Part shown: piece after piece, positions 60,723-64,000 of the stretch
How the letters are laid out: every line of letters begins with the position of its first letter
Position numbering within the stretch: the stretch's first letter is position 1
DNA from: Rebecca billardiae RCC1528
Taxonomy: Eukaryota; Protista; Haptophyta
Direction of reading: 5' to 3'
DNA length: 64,000 bases
Assembly (NCBI GenBank): GCA_965240325.2
Contig: OZ251232.1
Coordinates: 1,860,001-1,924,000, forward strand
Program-made: the position numbers and the translations under genes
The notes under the pieces: model-generated
Database searches by the model: none
What the model saw: the letters and a program-made list of their open reading frames with translations, nothing else
Told to the model about the DNA's origin: nothing

Positions 60723-62057
60723 GCGCCGTGCGCACCGGCGCTGCAATACTACTCGCCAACTCGGCATCGTCACGAGTCTGCACGGGCCTCGGCCGATTTG
60801 GTGAACCCAGCGGCGTGCACTGCCGCGAGCGTGCTGCCCGGGCTGACCTTGGATTCGATGCCAGAGTGATAAGACATGACAATTCCATAGTCTGTGCTTG
60901 CCCTCCCCACTACCCGTACGCCGCGAGTGCCTCCGTACGAGTTCATGGCCGCGTAGAACGGCGCACCGTGCGGCGGGCGACGAGGCCGCACTCGTGAGCT
61001 GCATGCTGCATCCAGGCAACGCCTTGGACGCGTACCTGTGCTTCCTGAGAAGGCGGGCCTCACGCCTGGCTGCGCTGGTGTCGGTGGACGCCCTGAGCTT
61101 CACCGCAGCCAGCCCACCCTGGGCGTCGACAACCTTGTTTACAAACCGTGCCGTGCAGGAGCCCGCTCCCACAAGCTGCTCTCACAGTGAGCCGCAGCTG
61201 GGACATCCATCTGTTCGGCCTCCTCGCTGGGGAGCGTCAGGTCGAGCGCCGGAACTTCCGACTTGCGCGAGCCCAGCAGCCGGCCGAGCGGCGCCCAGCC
61301 GCGCGCGCTCTCCCCCTCCCGCCTCCGCGCGGCGCAGCGTGAATGAAGGCGGGCGCGCACGACGTTGATTGAGAAAGAGCTCCTCCTCCTGCACGCGCAG
61401 GCTCCACAGCACAAGCGCGCCCGATGCGAAGAGGAAAGCATCGAAGGGTGCGGGCAGCGCGTGCTCGTCGCGCTCCCCCTGAGAGCGCGACGTGGGCAAC
61501 GTGAACGTCACGTGCCGACGGGCGTCGGTCAGACGACGTGGACGGGAGGCGAGCAGCGCGGCGGAGGAGACGTGGGTGCCAGTGAGCGTGCACGGCGCGG
61601 ACGGCTCCCCGCCGCAGGGCGTGCCCGCTCGACTTGACGGCGCCGACGCGCGGCGGCGGCGTCGTGTGCCGTCGCCCGTCGGCCGCCTGCTCTAGGACTC
61701 TCGGAATCCTCAGAAGTCCGCCTCGCCGGGCCGCGTTGAGAGCCCCAACTGAAAACTCCCAAGGGGGGCTTCCAGGTCTTGCATCTGAAGACCACGATCT
61801 CCGTCCGATCTTCGTTTAGTCTATTGGTGCGACGAAGCAGGAATATGATTTTCTTTTGTCCTCCGCGTGTCGATCTCGCCGGCTCGCAAGCCAAGCCTTT
61901 CAGAAACGCGGCGCGCGCAGGCCCGAGCGCGCCGGCTCCACGCGCACCGCTCACTCCCCGGCGGCGACGGGTTGATCACGAGGTGGGCGTCCACGCTCAG
62001 TCCGGTGCTCCACCCGGCCTTAAACGGGGCTGTGCATCAAGCAGTGGGCGCGCTTAT

Positions 62058-62850
62058 AGTCCCCCTCGGGCTTGTGACTCAAACCCGTGAAAGGCGGCAC
62101 CGTGCCCCCGGTGCCGCTGCGAGCGGACCTCGCGAGCGTCGGTGCGGACGAATACGGCCCGTGCGCGCGGACGCGATGAGCCTGGTAGTCGACCAAGGTC
62201 ATACGTAGTCCCCAGGTACGCGTCGGCGGTCGCTCCTCGCCTCTCTCCGCCAACGCGAGCAGCGCGCGCAAAGGCGTCGCGGCTCGGATGCAACTTGCAC
62301 CGCGCACGCACGTGCACTGCGCCCACCTGATGACCGTGCAGGACCCAAAATCGTTGGTGTCGGGTAGGCCTATGGTTACTGCGACCAGACACGCGCGTGC
62401 GCCCGCAACCTGAGGACGTACACTGCCCACGCACGGGCATGACAGAGTGCGTCGACACGCGCAATTCAAACGCAGTCGTGTAGCAGAGCCAACAACTCAC
62501 TCTAGAGACGCCTCGAGATAGACCACTGAGCGCGGGGAAGACGCATAACATCCATGTGCACGCTGCCCACCGGGCGCACCAGGGGCTAGAGCGCAGCTCA
62601 GCCTCTGGGTGCAGCTTCTCATCCGGCGTGTGCAAGCTGAGTCGCGTCGCCGGCGTCGCACGGCGCCCGCGCTGAGCAACGCGGGTGAGATGAGGTGACG
62701 AGCGGCGGCAGAGGGCGGCAGTACACGTGCTCTTGCTCGGCGCACCATGCGCCGCGCGCGCGGGGACGTCCTCGCGGCCTACGTCGCGTTCTCGCGCGGC
62801 GGCGCGACGTGGGAAGGGCGACCCGGACTCAAACCTCGCAACGCCCGCGG
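62058..62850. mobile_element. ISL2EU-family non-autonomous element, left end (right end not seen)
   Basis: Starts AT|AGTCCCCCTCGGG; homologous to 35270-36050. Confidence 0.7.
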
Positions 62851-64000
62851 CAGCGGCGGCCGCGCCCGGACTCGAAGAGTGCCTCAGGGAGACCCCTTCA
62901 GGGAAATCGTGCTCGGCTGGGGTCGCGGCTGCGCTGGCGGCTGAGGTCGGACCTCAGCCGAGCCGAGGCCGGCTGAGGTCGATCTCCACATACGGGGAAA
63001 GCGCGAGATAGTAGGCGCCGCGCGCGCCGAGGCGCCTTGCGCCTCCTCGCACGTCGCACCGACGCGTGGCACGCGACTCACGCGGCTGCGCATCGGCGCT
63101 GAGGTACAATGGTCCATCCGCGCCGATCGCGCGCGTGCGCACGCCCTTCCTCGCCGCTGCGGCAGGCGCACGCGCTTCGCGAGCCGCCATGCGTGCGCTG
63201 GGAGGCAAAAGCGCTCGCGCGCGGCGAGGCACGTTGAACGCCCCAGACGCAGCGATGCGTCGTATGGCGTAGCACATGTCACACACGTGCCCTCAGCTTC
63301 GCGTGGCGCCGCGCGTGTGCACGGTCTCGGCGGTGCGCGTCGCGCGCTTTGCGCAGCCGCCAGCACACAGCCAGCTGACCCACGTGCGCGCGGCGTCGTC
63401 GAGTGGGCTGTGCACTGCGCGCACGAGGCGTGGCGCTGCGTGCGTGGCTCGTGGGTGGCATTATGCCCGCGCTCTGCGCCCCGCCTGGCGCTTGGCCAGC
63501 GCTGTGTACCTCCGCGGCCAAGCTGTTCCGCGGCGTGGCAGACGGGGCGATCGCAGGGCGCGGCCGGTTCCAGCCGCCGGCTCGCCGGCCATGCGCACCG
63601 GGACATGCGGTGCCATGTCGGCCTCGCGAGCGCGCGCGGGTGCCACGCAGTGATGCGACTGCCCCTCGGCGGCCGCAGGGCGGTCGCGGCCGCAGCCTGG
63701 CTCATCTCGTCCCCCGCTGCTGATCTGATTGACAAGCTGGTTGCGGCCTACGGTGTTGTTCGGACACAGCAGCCGAAGTGCACAGGTCGGGTATTGTCAT
63801 CAGGTGCAGCGCAACTCGAGAACAACTTGGCATGTCTCTGAGATGGAGGCGTTGCCATTTGCCGGGCAGGTTGCGCACATGTCAAGTCTGGCGGCTGGAT
63901 TCGTCGCATTGTGACTCGATGGCTGCCAAAACCGTGCAGCATGCCTGTGGCTGTGTCGCATGCACGGCCCAGTCCACAGAGCCGCTGAGCAGATGAGAGA

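Overview
GC-rich eukaryotic nuclear DNA with short GT-AG introns carrying CTGAC/CTCAC branch sites. The gene style and the TM+TIR-like family suggest a haptophyte-type alga (inference). The first ~10 kb holds host genes: the 3' part of a sulfotransferase-like gene, a 3-exon mitochondrial cytochrome c, a GT31 galactosyltransferase-like ORF, and a ~1490-aa fusion of a nucleoside hydrolase, ~6 TM helices and a degenerate TIR-like domain. The remaining ~54 kb is a nested transposon cluster. It contains a split-direct-repeat (PAT/Ngaro/TOC1-type) element in a (TA)n tract, two TIR elements with decayed KDZ-type transposase motifs also in (TA)n, and a 9.8-kb foldback element with a 7-bp TSD. It also has an apparently intact ISL2EU/Harbinger-type element (THAP+DDE transposase, AT TSD, MYND-finger cargo) with non-autonomous relatives, pogo/Tc1-like ends with an excision footprint, a captured FBH1/UvrD helicase fragment, an orphan spliced gene and several satellites. 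The least explained structure is a head-to-tail array of units with different interiors (52.5-56.7 kb) joined by a conserved ~55-bp junction whose bulged hairpin shows two compensatory base changes. All family assignments come from motif reading by eye; no searches were run.
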